Assembly (NCBI GenBank): GCA_964632485.1 | Contig: CAZWDO010000022.1 | Location: 1 to 64,000, forward strand | DNA: 64,000 bases | Source: an uncultured bacterium | Lineage (GTDB): Bacteria > JAGOEH01 | Reading direction: 5' to 3' | Shown here: piece after piece, positions 37,267 through 47,649 of the stretch | How positions within the stretch are numbered: position 1 is the first letter of the stretch | Layout of the letters: each line of letters starts with the position of its first letter | The notes under the pieces: generated by a model | What the model was told of the DNA's origin: nothing | The model's database searches: none | The model's input: the letters and a program-made list of their open reading frames with translations, nothing else | Program-made: the position numbers and the translations under genes

Positions 37267-39816
37267 ATGAAAAGCATTCGTTCGTTTCATATCGTTCCCC
37301 ATATTCCCCAACGGCTGGAAGGTCTCAAACGTTTGGCGGAGAATGTCTGGTATAGCTGGCATCCGGATTGCGTTGCGCTTTTCCACCGTCTCGACCGGGA
37401 TTTATGGGAGAAAGTCAATCATAATCCTATTAAACTTTTAGGAATGATCGATCAGTCCAAACTAACCGAACGATTGGAAGATGAAGGGTTTTTAACTCAT
37501 TTGGAACGGGTGTTGAGTGAATTTGATAAATATATGGAAAACAAGAAACCGTATCAGTTTCATCTGGAAAAGCCGATTGATTTCAAAATTGCTTATTTTT
37601 CGGCGGAATACGGTTTAACGGAAGCCCTGCCGATTTATTCCGGCGGTCTTGGAGTTCTGTCGGGTGATCATTTAAAATCCGCCAGTGATTTGAACGTTCC
37701 CTTAGTGGGAGTCGGATTATTGTACCAGAAAGGTTATTTTCAGCAATATCTGAATGAAGATGGCTGGCAACAGGAAGTTTACACTGAGAACGATTTTTCC
37801 AATATGGCCGTTAAACCCGTTCGGGACAAATCCGGCCATCAATTGGTTTTCGATGTCTGGTTAAATAACCATTTTGTCAAGGTCCGCGTCTGGTTGATTC
37901 AGGTGGGACGTGTTCCCTTGTATATGCTGGATACAAATTTTAAGGATAATAGTTTTGAAGATCAACAGATAACGGCTCAATTGTACGGGGGTGATCGCGA
38001 GCATCGCTTGAAGCAGGAGATCATTTTGGGAATTGGCGGTACGATCGCTTTGAAAAAAATGGAAGTGGAGCCTGTCGTTTATCATATGAATGAAGGCCAT
38101 TCGGCCTTTGCTGCGTTGGAACGGATACGGAATTTAATCGAAAAATATCAACTGACCTTCGAAGAGGCCAAACAAGTCGTTATTGCCAGCACTGTTTTTA
38201 CGACTCATACTCCTGTTCCTGCTGGAAATGATGTGTTCAGTAATTCACTGATTGGAAGCTATTTTCAGCGCTATACTGAGCAGGTTGGAATTCCGATGAA
38301 TAAGTTGATGGAATTAGGGAAGGAAGAAGCCCATTCAGAGTTTTGCATGACCGTGTTGGCCATTCGGTTATCTGGATTTACCAACGGTGTCAGCCAACTT
38401 CATAAGCATGTCAGCCGCAAAATGTGGCGCAAATTGTGGCAATATTTACCGGAAGACGATTTGCCGATTCACGGTATAACGAACGGGATACATATTCCTT
38501 CCTGGATTTCGGCGGATATGGCTGCTTTGTATGATCGCTATTTGGGAAGGCGGTGGGCTGAAGACCCGGATAATGAAAAAATCTGGTTACGGGTGGAATC
38601 GATTCCTGATTCAGAATTGTGGCGCACTCATGAGCGTCGCCGGGAACGTCTCGTGGCATTTACTCGACGGCGGCTCAAAGAGCAATTCATTCGAAAAGGC
38701 GCTACACTGTCTCAAATGGACGGTGTTATGGATGTTCTCAACCCCGAAGCCATAACTATTGGTTTTGCCCGTCGCTTTGCGACTTACAAACGGGCGACTC
38801 TTTTGTTTTCTGATCTGGAGCGTTTGAAAAATATTCTGAATAACACGGAGAGACCCGTCCAGATTATCATCGCCGGTAAAGCTCATCCCCAGGATAATGC
38901 AGGGAAAGACTTCATTAAGCGCATTGTCCGGTTTTCCCAGATGCCGGAATTTAAAAATAAGATTGCCTTTATTGAAAATTATGATATAAATGTCGCTCGC
39001 TATATGGTCGAAGGAGTCGATATTTGGCTCAATACTCCACGCCGTCCACTCGAAGCGTGTGGCACCAGCGGGATGAAAGCGGTGGCCAATGGGGCGATCC
39101 ATCTTAGCATTCTTGATGGATGGTGGGATGAGGCTTATAACGGCCAGAATGGATGGGCTATTGGGTTTGGCGAGCAGTACCGCGAACAGGATTACCAGGA
39201 CCGTGTTGAAAGCAACGCTCTCTACCAGCTTTTGGAGAATGAGATCATTCCGCTTTATTACGAGCGTTCGCCGAATACCAACCTTCCCAAGGGCTGGATA
39301 AAATTGATGAAATCTTCCATGCAGTCGCTTTGCGCGTTTTTTAATACGCACAGAATGGTCGAAGAATACCTCGAACGCGCCTATTATGAAGCGGCCGTCA
39401 GTTGGGATTCACTGGCTGAGAAAGATATGGAAGGAGTGCGCGACTTACAGAGATGGATTAATCTGCTTGACGCCAACTGGCATAAAATTGCGATACAGGA
39501 AGTGATCTATCCTTCCTATGAAGTTTTTGAAGTCAGCATGGATATTCAGGTGAAAGTCCGAATATTTTTAGGGGAAATTCCTCCCGAGACTGTTCAAGTC
39601 GATATATATTGTGGTCCTCTCTATAGTGATTCTTCCTTTGTAAATCGTGAGATTGTAAAAATGTCTTTCAAACCAATGGCTGAACCTCAGGTATATGAGT
39701 TTGAAGGGATCGTACGACCTTCCGCTTCCGGGAAGTTGGGCATGACGATACGAATTTTGCCCCGGCATAAAAATCTTTTAAATCAGTATCAATTAAATAA
39801 GGTTATTTGGGCCTAA
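37267..39816 (+). CDS. glgP: Alpha-glucan (glycogen) phosphorylase
   Basis: YSGGLGVLSGD, HMNEGH, ARRFATYKR, EACGTSGMK (PLP lysine). Confidence 0.96.
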   Translation: MKSIRSFHIVPHIPQRLEGLKRLAENVWYSWHPDCVALFHRLDRDLWEKVNHNPIKLLGMIDQSKLTERLEDEGFLTHLERVLSEFDKYMENKKPYQFHLEKPIDFKIAYFSAEYGLTEALPIYSGGLGVLSGDHLKSASDLNVPLVGVGLLYQKGYFQQYLNEDGWQQEVYTENDFSNMAVKPVRDKSGHQLVFDVWLNNHFVKVRVWLIQVGRVPLYMLDTNFKDNSFEDQQITAQLYGGDREHRLKQEIILGIGGTIALKKMEVEPVVYHMNEGHSAFAALERIRNLIEKYQLTFEEAKQVVIASTVFTTHTPVPAGNDVFSNSLIGSYFQRYTEQVGIPMNKLMELGKEEAHSEFCMTVLAIRLSGFTNGVSQLHKHVSRKMWRKLWQYLPEDDLPIHGITNGIHIPSWISADMAALYDRYLGRRWAEDPDNEKIWLRVESIPDSELWRTHERRRERLVAFTRRRLKEQFIRKGATLSQMDGVMDVLNPEAITIGFARRFATYKRATLLFSDLERLKNILNNTERPVQIIIAGKAHPQDNAGKDFIKRIVRFSQMPEFKNKIAFIENYDINVARYMVEGVDIWLNTPRRPLEACGTSGMKAVANGAIHLSILDGWWDEAYNGQNGWAIGFGEQYREQDYQDRVESNALYQLLENEIIPLYYERSPNTNLPKGWIKLMKSSMQSLCAFFNTHRMVEEYLERAYYEAAVSWDSLAEKDMEGVRDLQRWINLLDANWHKIAIQEVIYPSYEVFEVSMDIQVKVRIFLGEIPPETVQVDIYCGPLYSDSSFVNREIVKMSFKPMAEPQVYEFEGIVRPSASGKLGMTIRILPRHKNLLNQYQLNKVIWA

Positions 39817-39827
39817 ATCAGTTCATC

Positions 39828-41570
39828 ATGACAGACTATTTTAATTATCGGAATTCGGAACGGTGTGTCAGTTTTTTTCAAAACCCGGACCAATGTTTTC
39901 CATTGAAAATCAGTTTATTGCTGAATACTACCCAGGATATGGATACACTGCTCAGCCGGGTGATGCACATTGCCAGTTCTATTCTGGATGTGGAAGCATC
40001 CTCCTTGATTCTTTTTGATGATAAACGAAATATTTTGACTTTCCGTATCTCCTTGGGGCCCAAGGGCGAACAATTGTTTAATATCGAACTGCCCACGAAC
40101 AAGGGAATTGTTGGTCAAGTGGTTCAGACAAATAAGCCGCTGATTGTCAATGATGTGGAAAAATCACCCTACTTTAATCCGGAGATCGATCACAAAACAG
40201 GTTTTAAAACCCAGTCGATATTGTGTGTACCGATTCTTTATCAAAACCAGATACGCGGCGCCATTGAAGTCATTAACAAACATGACGGGCATGGGTTTAG
40301 TGATCCTGATGTCGTTATATTGGAATCAATTGCCGCTCAAGTTGCCGTTGCTCTTGAAAATGTCCAGCTTTTTTCGCGACTGGTACACGAAGCGCAGCAG
40401 AAAAACCGCTTATATCTCTTAGGGAAACAAATATCCAGCACGCTTGACCAACAGGAAATTGTAACTATTAGCTTTCAGACAATGCGTGAGTTAATTGGGT
40501 ATGATTATGCGTTACTGTCAACAATTACTCCTTCCGGATCAATCTGCGAAATGGTGTTAGAAGTGGGTATCCCACTCGCTAATAGAAGCGAAATGAACCA
40601 AACTATTGAGTCTGTTATACAGGATGGGGTTTTTATTGATACGGGTTTATTGATTTCCTATCCTGAGAGTAGCCAGATCATGGTTCCCCTGATTCAAAAC
40701 AATCTGCTGGGAGGGTTTATTCTTTTGCAGAAGAAAAGCGTTCCCGGTTATAATGATGAAGATTTATCATTGGTTTTTAATATAGCCAGTCAATTATCGA
40801 CTGTGATGGATCGGGCCATATACCATCAAAAAATGCTCGAGCAAGAACGAGTCAACAAGACTATCCAGATAGGCCGACAGGTGCAGGCCAGCTTATTGCC
40901 ATTCGAGTACCCCAATGATGACCGGTTTGAAATTTTTGCCAGTTACGACCCCTGTCTTCAAATTAGCGGCGACTACTATGATTATTTTCCATTGCAAGGG
41001 AATCGTTATTTTATATTGATTGCCGATGCCGCTGGAAAGGGCGCTTCCGCAGCGATGATGATGAGCGCGGTTCGGTCGGCAATACATATTATGAAGGACA
41101 GTTTTGACGATTTCGTCAAAATGATTGCTCGTGTCAACCACCTTATCGTACAAGATAACCGGGAAGGGTTTTTCATTACCGGTTTTTTTGCTATTGTCGA
41201 TTTTAATACACGTGAAATTGAATATCTGAATTGCGGACATAATTATCCTTTCTTAATCAGGGAAGATGATTTTTTCATTTTCAAAGATTCTTTTTTTCCT
41301 TTGGGAATCAGCGATTTGGTTGAATACAAATCCAAAAAAATTCCGTTTTTCTCTGGTGATTGGCTGTTTTGTTACACCGATGGCGTGATTGAAGCGGCCA
41401 ATGAACAAAGGGAATTGTTTGGCGAATCGCGGCTGCAAGCATTTTTAAAATCAAAAAAAACGGTTCCTTTGGATCAATTACATCAGGAATTAATGGATGA
41501 TATCCGTGATTTTTCAGGAAATGCTCAACAATCCGATGATATCACATTTTTATCAGTGAGAATTTTATGA
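39828..41570 (+). CDS. GAF-GAF-SpoIIE (RsbU-like PP2C) phosphatase
   Basis: GAF with EVINK...F...D; ISGDYYD, ADAAGKG, YTDG, DDIT. Confidence 0.9.
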   Translation: MTDYFNYRNSERCVSFFQNPDQCFPLKISLLLNTTQDMDTLLSRVMHIASSILDVEASSLILFDDKRNILTFRISLGPKGEQLFNIELPTNKGIVGQVVQTNKPLIVNDVEKSPYFNPEIDHKTGFKTQSILCVPILYQNQIRGAIEVINKHDGHGFSDPDVVILESIAAQVAVALENVQLFSRLVHEAQQKNRLYLLGKQISSTLDQQEIVTISFQTMRELIGYDYALLSTITPSGSICEMVLEVGIPLANRSEMNQTIESVIQDGVFIDTGLLISYPESSQIMVPLIQNNLLGGFILLQKKSVPGYNDEDLSLVFNIASQLSTVMDRAIYHQKMLEQERVNKTIQIGRQVQASLLPFEYPNDDRFEIFASYDPCLQISGDYYDYFPLQGNRYFILIADAAGKGASAAMMMSAVRSAIHIMKDSFDDFVKMIARVNHLIVQDNREGFFITGFFAIVDFNTREIEYLNCGHNYPFLIREDDFFIFKDSFFPLGISDLVEYKSKKIPFFSGDWLFCYTDGVIEAANEQRELFGESRLQAFLKSKKTVPLDQLHQELMDDIRDFSGNAQQSDDITFLSVRIL

Positions 41571-42058
41571 GAAAAAATGGAATGGCTCTGAAAAATAGAG
41601 ACGTAGCGATTGAGGATCGTAAATTTTTTTTGAAACGAGCCTATGAGAGTTTGACAATCATTACGCAATCCTATACAATTTGGCTGGGGCAGGCAGATTT
41701 TTTGGAAGTTTTAGAACGAAATGTCAAACAAATGGTTGAGTTTCTTTATAATTCCCGCCATTTTACATACATATCGGTCGGAGGAGATCTTGAAAATATG
41801 TCAAATGAACTACCCTTGACCGAGCGATTGTTTTTAGATCATATCGATACGATTTATTTAAAAGCGCAGTTTATACTCCGCTTTATCAGCCATCAAAAAG
41901 TTTTACGGCATTTTAAAACACTGGTTGATTCCGGCGATATGAAACTCCAACGTTATTTGGATCAGATAATTGAGACTGATAACAATACGATTTTACGGGA
42001 TTTAAATTTAATTCAAATGAGGATTGATGCATTTAGGCGGTTTATTGAATTATTTTAG
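41567..42058 (+). CDS. Hypothetical protein
   Basis: 163-aa ORF with ATGA overlap to the upstream gene; no recognised motif. Confidence 0.6.
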   Translation: MRKNGMALKNRDVAIEDRKFFLKRAYESLTIITQSYTIWLGQADFLEVLERNVKQMVEFLYNSRHFTYISVGGDLENMSNELPLTERLFLDHIDTIYLKAQFILRFISHQKVLRHFKTLVDSGDMKLQRYLDQIIETDNNTILRDLNLIQMRIDAFRRFIELF

Positions 42059-42167
42059 GAACTCAAGCAAAAAAATGTAGTTAAATTATTTCTGACATTG
42101 ATTCGTTAGATGATTTATCTTGGAAGTGGAAGATATTTTTTAATTTTTAAAAGTATGTCGAAGGAGT

Positions 42168-43031
42168 ATGCCCTTGGCAAGTTACGGTAAACGAATCTAT
42201 CGTGGCGAGGATCATTCTCTGGATCTTTACTTGAAAGAAATCGGTGAAGAGCAGTTATTAGATCCCGAAGAAGAAGTTAACTTGGCAAGACGTATCCGTG
42301 AGGGTGATCAGGATGCGCTTGAAAAGTTGACTCGCGCTAATTTAAGGTTTGTTGTGGCGGTGGCAAAGCAATATCAAAACCAGGGATTATCTCTGGCGGA
42401 TTTGATTAATGAAGGTAATCTGGGCTTAATCAAGGCCGCGAAACGATTTGATGAAACCCGCGGGTTTAAATTTATTTCCTATGCGGTATGGTGGATACGA
42501 CAAGCTATTCTGCAAGCATTGGCCGAACAATCACGTATTGTGCGCCTGCCTCTGAATAAAGTGGGGGTGCTGCATAAGATTGGTAAAATGACCAATAATC
42601 TGCAACAGGAATTCGGACGCGAACCTGATGCGACTGAAATAGCCAAGGAATTGGATATTAATACTGGCGAAGTGAATGATGCGCTGCGAATTGCCGGTCG
42701 TCATCTTTCACTGGAAGCTCCCTTTACTCCCGGCGAAGAGAATCGCCTGCTTGATGTGATTCAGGACTCAAAGCTTCCGTTGCCAGATGAAGATTTGATG
42801 GACGATTCCCTAAAAGAGGAAATCGAGAAAGTACTCTGCGAACTTGATGAACGCGAACGCGACGTCATCAGTCTTTATTACGGTATTAATCGTGAGCGCT
42901 CATATACCCTGGAAGAAATTGGTGAAAACTACGGTCTGACCCGTGAACGAGTCAGGCAGATTAAGGAAAAGGCTATCAAACGGCTCCGGCATACCAAACG
43001 CAGTAAAAAATTACGCCCCTATCTGACGTGA
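42168..43031 (+). CDS. rpoD: RNA polymerase sigma70 factor, RpoD/SigA family (short, no region 1.1)
   Basis: [44 protein letters not shown]. Confidence 0.9.
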   Translation: MPLASYGKRIYRGEDHSLDLYLKEIGEEQLLDPEEEVNLARRIREGDQDALEKLTRANLRFVVAVAKQYQNQGLSLADLINEGNLGLIKAAKRFDETRGFKFISYAVWWIRQAILQALAEQSRIVRLPLNKVGVLHKIGKMTNNLQQEFGREPDATEIAKELDINTGEVNDALRIAGRHLSLEAPFTPGEENRLLDVIQDSKLPLPDEDLMDDSLKEEIEKVLCELDERERDVISLYYGINRERSYTLEEIGENYGLTRERVRQIKEKAIKRLRHTKRSKKLRPYLT

Positions 43032-43038
43032 TCTATTT

Positions 43039-43998
43039 ATGAAACGCTTTTTAACGCAACCCTTTTTCTTTCAGATTCTTGCTTTAGCATTTGGCTTTTT
43101 TTTATGGCTGGTGGTCCGTTTGGATCGGCCCTATCGATTCCGCCTCGATATTCCGTTGATCGTCGATGAACTCCCGGAAAATCATGTGATTGTTTCTTCC
43201 CTTCCAGAAAAAATAAAGCTTGAAATCCAGGGGAAGGGCAAAGATTTATTTATATTACAGCTTTTTAATCGTATTAGTTACCGAATTGACCTTAAGAATT
43301 TTAAAGTGAATCAAACTTATCATATTGATACGGATTTAGATCATATTGATGGGCTTGAGACCGAGAATCTCCAGGATATTTCAATACTCGAACCCAATCA
43401 GTTGGATATTCTGATCGGAATTCTCGCTCAAAAAGTTGTAGGTGTCAAAGCGCAACTTATGATCGATTCTTCTTTAGTAAATACCTATGTGCAAAACTTT
43501 AAAGTCACTCCCGACCAGATAAAGATTACCGGACCTGAAATGATTTTATTAAAAACCTGGGCCATTAAGACTGAAACTGTTAGGATTGATCAGAAAAATG
43601 GAAATTTTGAAACCGAAGTCAGCCTGGTAAAACCGGATGAACTATCGGTAATTTTGCTTGAACCGGCTAAAGTTTTACTGCAGGTCCAACTTGAGGAAGA
43701 AAAAAAGAAACTCTATACGGATATCCCGATTATGTTGCAGGTCGGAAGAAATGCCACGGCTAAAAAAGGTGAAACTCTAATCCCCGAAGTATCCAGTTGT
43801 TCCGTTTGGGTCGATGGGCCCGAGTATATTCAGGACCGCTTACAAATGGAACATATCCGCGCCGTATTATTAATTAATCAGCCTTTTCAGCAAGAATCCC
43901 GCTTTTCTCTTCAGGTGAAACTGACACCGGCAAATGACAGTCTGAAAATCATTGATTGGGCTCCACGCATGATTAATGTCCGCAAAGTGTATCCATAA
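43039..43998 (+). CDS. CdaR/YbbR-like domain protein
   Basis: N-terminal TM ending LW..V, followed by repeated P..I.I.G beta domains. Confidence 0.65.
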   Translation: MKRFLTQPFFFQILALAFGFFLWLVVRLDRPYRFRLDIPLIVDELPENHVIVSSLPEKIKLEIQGKGKDLFILQLFNRISYRIDLKNFKVNQTYHIDTDLDHIDGLETENLQDISILEPNQLDILIGILAQKVVGVKAQLMIDSSLVNTYVQNFKVTPDQIKITGPEMILLKTWAIKTETVRIDQKNGNFETEVSLVKPDELSVILLEPAKVLLQVQLEEEKKKLYTDIPIMLQVGRNATAKKGETLIPEVSSCSVWVDGPEYIQDRLQMEHIRAVLLINQPFQQESRFSLQVKLTPANDSLKIIDWAPRMINVRKVYP

Positions 43999-44014
43999 AT
44001 GAAAGGAATGATCT

Positions 44015-45229
44015 ATGTTGCCTCCTAAAGAGCAGTTGGAGATCCTCAAACGAGGTGCAGTCGATATTGTTTCGGAAGAAGAATTATTGAAAAAATTGGA
44101 ACGTTCTATTGCCACGCAAAAACCGCTAATCATTAAACAGGGATTTGATCCGACTGCCCCGGACCTTCATCTGGGTCACACGGTTTCTATTCGGAAACTG
44201 AAACAGTTTCAGCAATTGGGACATCAGGTCGTTTTTCTAATCGGTGATTTTACCGGAATGATCGGGGATCCAACGGGACGCAATAAAACCCGTAAAAGAT
44301 TGACGGGTGATGATGTCCGCAAGAATGCCGAAACCTATAAGACTCAAATTTTTAAAATTCTGGATCCTCAGAAAACCATCATTGATTTCAATAGTCGATG
44401 GTGCAAGCCGATGACATTTGAAGATGTGCTGGTACTGGCCAGTCGCTATACCGTCGCCCGCATGCTGGAACGCGACGATTTTTCCAAGCGTTATAAGAAC
44501 AACGAATCCATCAGTATCATAGAATTCCTCTATCCACTGGTCCAGGGTTTTGATTCTGTTGCCCTTAAATCCGATGTTGAACTTGGAGGAACCGATCAAA
44601 CGTTTAATCTGTTGATCGGACGGGATATACAGCGGGAATACGGGATTGAGCCTCAGGTCATCATTACCGTCCCTATTCTCGAGGGCACCGACGGTAAGGA
44701 GAAGATGAGTAAAAGTCTGAATAATTATATTGGAATCAATGAAGCACCCGAAGAAATTTTTGGAAAAATTATGTCGATTCCCGATGAAATGATCTGCCGT
44801 TATTTTGAATTGGCGACCGAGGAATCAATGATCCGTGTCAAAGAGATTGAAAAATCGATTATCGATGGCGCCAATCCTTCCTTATTCAAACGTCAATTGG
44901 CCAAGGCCGTGATCGGTTTATATCATTCTGAACAATTGGCAGTTGAGGCTGAAAATCATTTCGATCTGGTTTTCCGCCAAAAAGAGATTCCCGAAGATAT
45001 TCCCGTCGTTCATTTCTGCCATGATCATTTTCCATTAAAATTGGCGCAAATTATGAAAGACCATCAACTGGTCACCTCCAACAGTGAAGCCAAGCGTCTG
45101 ATCGAACAGAATGCTGTGGAAGTTAACCGGGAAAAAATCAGCGATATTAATTATCTCTTGAGTGGCCATGAATCTGATTATATTGTCAAAGCCGGCAAAC
45201 GAAAATTTTTGAAAATCGTGGTGGAATAG
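44015..45229 (+). CDS. tyrS: Tyrosyl-tRNA synthetase
   Basis: [24 protein letters not shown]-terminal S4 domain. Confidence 0.97.
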   Translation: MLPPKEQLEILKRGAVDIVSEEELLKKLERSIATQKPLIIKQGFDPTAPDLHLGHTVSIRKLKQFQQLGHQVVFLIGDFTGMIGDPTGRNKTRKRLTGDDVRKNAETYKTQIFKILDPQKTIIDFNSRWCKPMTFEDVLVLASRYTVARMLERDDFSKRYKNNESISIIEFLYPLVQGFDSVALKSDVELGGTDQTFNLLIGRDIQREYGIEPQVIITVPILEGTDGKEKMSKSLNNYIGINEAPEEIFGKIMSIPDEMICRYFELATEESMIRVKEIEKSIIDGANPSLFKRQLAKAVIGLYHSEQLAVEAENHFDLVFRQKEIPEDIPVVHFCHDHFPLKLAQIMKDHQLVTSNSEAKRLIEQNAVEVNREKISDINYLLSGHESDYIVKAGKRKFLKIVVE

Positions 45230-45239
45230 CATTTTTTTA

Positions 45240-45268
45240 TTGACTTTCCTCAAAAAATTATTTATAAT
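45240..45268 (+). promoter_or_regulatory. tRNA promoter
   Basis: TTGACT-N17-TATAAT ending 14 bp before the tRNA. Confidence 0.75.
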
Positions 45269-45281
45269 AGTGCAACCTTAC

Positions 45282-45352
45282 TGGGGAATCGTCCAACGGC
45301 AGGACATGCGGCTCTGGACCGTAGTATCGGGGTTCGAATCCCTGTTCCCCAG
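45282..45352 (+). tRNA. tRNA-Gln (anticodon CTG); CCA not encoded
   Basis: Acceptor stem TGGGGAA/TTCCCCA, D stem GTCC/GGAC, anticodon arm TGCGG-CTCTGGA-CCGTA, T arm CGGGG-TTCGAAT-CCCTG. Confidence 0.96.
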
Positions 45353-45502
45353 CTTAATTTCCATAACCCATACTAAATTTCTAACTGGTTTTAAACAGGA
45401 GCTCCGTTAAAATTGTTTTTTTTATTGGAAATTGATAAGTCAACTGGTAGATTCAACTTTTAATGACGAACTTCTTTTATTACGAAACTTCTGTTAAATA
45501 TC

Positions 45503-45531
45503 TTGACAAGCGATATTAAAAGTATTATAAT
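45503..45531 (+). promoter_or_regulatory. Consensus sigma70 promoter upstream of the two-component genes
   Basis: Exact TTGACA-N17-TATAAT. Confidence 0.8.
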
Positions 45532-45754
45532 ATCAGTAAGGCAATATATCCAGCGGCTTTGATTCCTGAGGGCCATGAAGGCACTGTGATTAAAAAACTT
45601 GAAATTGAATGAATTTTTGAGTTGAATCGCTCTAAACCGTCGTTAGAATTGATAAGATTTTTATTATCGGAATGCGACCCTGGAGTGGTTGCATCAATAG
45701 TATCGCTCCATTATATACATGATGATGTTAATGATTATTATGAAATGAGGAAAT

Positions 45755-47647
45755 ATGAGTAGTTTACTCATGAAAAAAATTTTACTGGTTGACGATGAGG
45801 CGTTGATTGCCATGAGCGAAGCAATTGCCTTGCGAAAGCATGGATATACTGTTGAAATTGCCTCTTCCGGGGAACAGGTTCTTCGTATGGTCCGAACGGA
45901 TGAAAATATTGCGATTATCCTGATGGATATCGATTTAGGCAGTGGACCCGACGGAACTGAGATTGCGGAATCGATTTTAGCTGAAAAGGATTTGCCAATT
46001 ATATTTTTATCCTCTCATAGTGAGAGTGAAATTGTTCAAAAAACTGAATCAATTTCCTCATACGGCTATGTCATCAAGAATTCGGGCATTCATATATTGA
46101 TTGCTTCAATCAAAATGGCCTGGCGATTGTTTGAAGCGAACCTTAAAATTAAACGACAAAATCATGAAATCGATACGTTCAATGAAGAATTACAGATAAC
46201 CGTCGAAGAGTTAGAAGTCAGCAATGAAGAATTACGCGAAGCCAATGTTCAGCGTCACCTCAGCGAAGAGCGGTGGTTGGATCTTTTTTTGCAGAGCCAG
46301 AATGCGATTGCCGTTTACCAGGCAGTGGAACACGGAAATGATTTTGTTTTTATCGATTTTAATCCTGCGGCAGAAAAAATTGAAAATGTTAAACGCAACG
46401 CAATTATTGGGCATAAAGTGACGGAAATTTTTCCTTCAGTGATTGATTTCGGATTGATGGATGTGCTCAGGGACGTATGGATAACGGGACAAAGTAAACA
46501 TCATGACATCACATTTTATAAAGATGACCGTATTGAGGGATGGCGGGAAAATCAGGTTTTTAAGCTCAAAACCGGTGAAATCGTTGCCTTATATTGGGAT
46601 ATAACCGATCAAAAAAAAGCTGAGCAAGCGCTTAAGGAAAACGAGGAGAAATTCCGGAGTCTGGTTGAGAATAGCAGGGATTCCATCATGCTCTATGACT
46701 GCGGATATCGCTATCTTTATATGAATCCGTCGGCTGAATTCCGGATATCAGGGTTCCGCAATGAAGACATGATTGGTAAAAGCGATCGTGAATTAGGGTT
46801 TGATCCTCAGCTTTGCGAGCTTTGGGAGAAGGTGATTCAAGAGGTGTTTAAGACGGGTAACGCCAAGTCTGAGATTTTTAGCTGGGAATCCGTGAAAGGC
46901 AATGTTTATAACGAATTATGTCTGTCGCCGGTTTACGATGTGGCTGGAGGAATTCGTAGCGTTTTGGGTGTATCGCGGGATATCACGCCGATGATTTTGG
47001 CCCAACAACAACTCCGCGAAGCTATGGATGAGAAAATCGCTTTGTATGCTGAATTGGAACACCGGGTAAAAAATAGTTTGGCGATGATTCAATCACTATT
47101 AGTATTGGAAGAAAACCAGCACGGTGATGATTCGATTAAAAATGTGATCAAGAAGATCCGTACCCGGCTTCAAACGATTATCGAGCTATATACGTTGCTT
47201 CGCGGGAAAGAATTGGATATGAAAATCCCCCTGAAGGATTATCTCGAATCGATTTGCCATGCGGTGGAACTTTCTTATAAAAAACCGGATCAGATCATTG
47301 AATTGCATACAACAATTGAACCAATTACTGTGGAAGCCAAGATGGCTACTAATATCGGATTAATCGTGAATGAACTATTGACAAACGCGTTTAAACATGC
47401 ATTTAATACTGTTGACAGCAGGGGAGTAATACAAGTTGGGGCTAGATTAAATGACGCGATGCTGGAATTGACCATAGAGGATAATGGAGTTGGCTTTCCT
47501 GAGCATTATGAATATTTTAGCTCAAAGGGGCTGGGAGCCAAGCTTACCAATCACTTAGTTGAACAAATGAACGGTGTATTTTCCTTTGCAAATTTGAGCA
47601 AGGGAGTGCGCATTAATATTAAATTCCCTTGGTCGAATGATCTCTGA
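45755..47647 (+). CDS. REC-PAS-PAS histidine kinase (HisKA_2 type)
   Basis: LLVDDE, LMDID, ELEHRVKNSL, NELLTNAFKHAF, DNGVG, GLG. Confidence 0.9.
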   Translation: MSSLLMKKILLVDDEALIAMSEAIALRKHGYTVEIASSGEQVLRMVRTDENIAIILMDIDLGSGPDGTEIAESILAEKDLPIIFLSSHSESEIVQKTESISSYGYVIKNSGIHILIASIKMAWRLFEANLKIKRQNHEIDTFNEELQITVEELEVSNEELREANVQRHLSEERWLDLFLQSQNAIAVYQAVEHGNDFVFIDFNPAAEKIENVKRNAIIGHKVTEIFPSVIDFGLMDVLRDVWITGQSKHHDITFYKDDRIEGWRENQVFKLKTGEIVALYWDITDQKKAEQALKENEEKFRSLVENSRDSIMLYDCGYRYLYMNPSAEFRISGFRNEDMIGKSDRELGFDPQLCELWEKVIQEVFKTGNAKSEIFSWESVKGNVYNELCLSPVYDVAGGIRSVLGVSRDITPMILAQQQLREAMDEKIALYAELEHRVKNSLAMIQSLLVLEENQHGDDSIKNVIKKIRTRLQTIIELYTLLRGKELDMKIPLKDYLESICHAVELSYKKPDQIIELHTTIEPITVEAKMATNIGLIVNELLTNAFKHAFNTVDSRGVIQVGARLNDAMLELTIEDNGVGFPEHYEYFSSKGLGAKLTNHLVEQMNGVFSFANLSKGVRINIKFPWSNDL

Positions 47648-47649
47648 GG

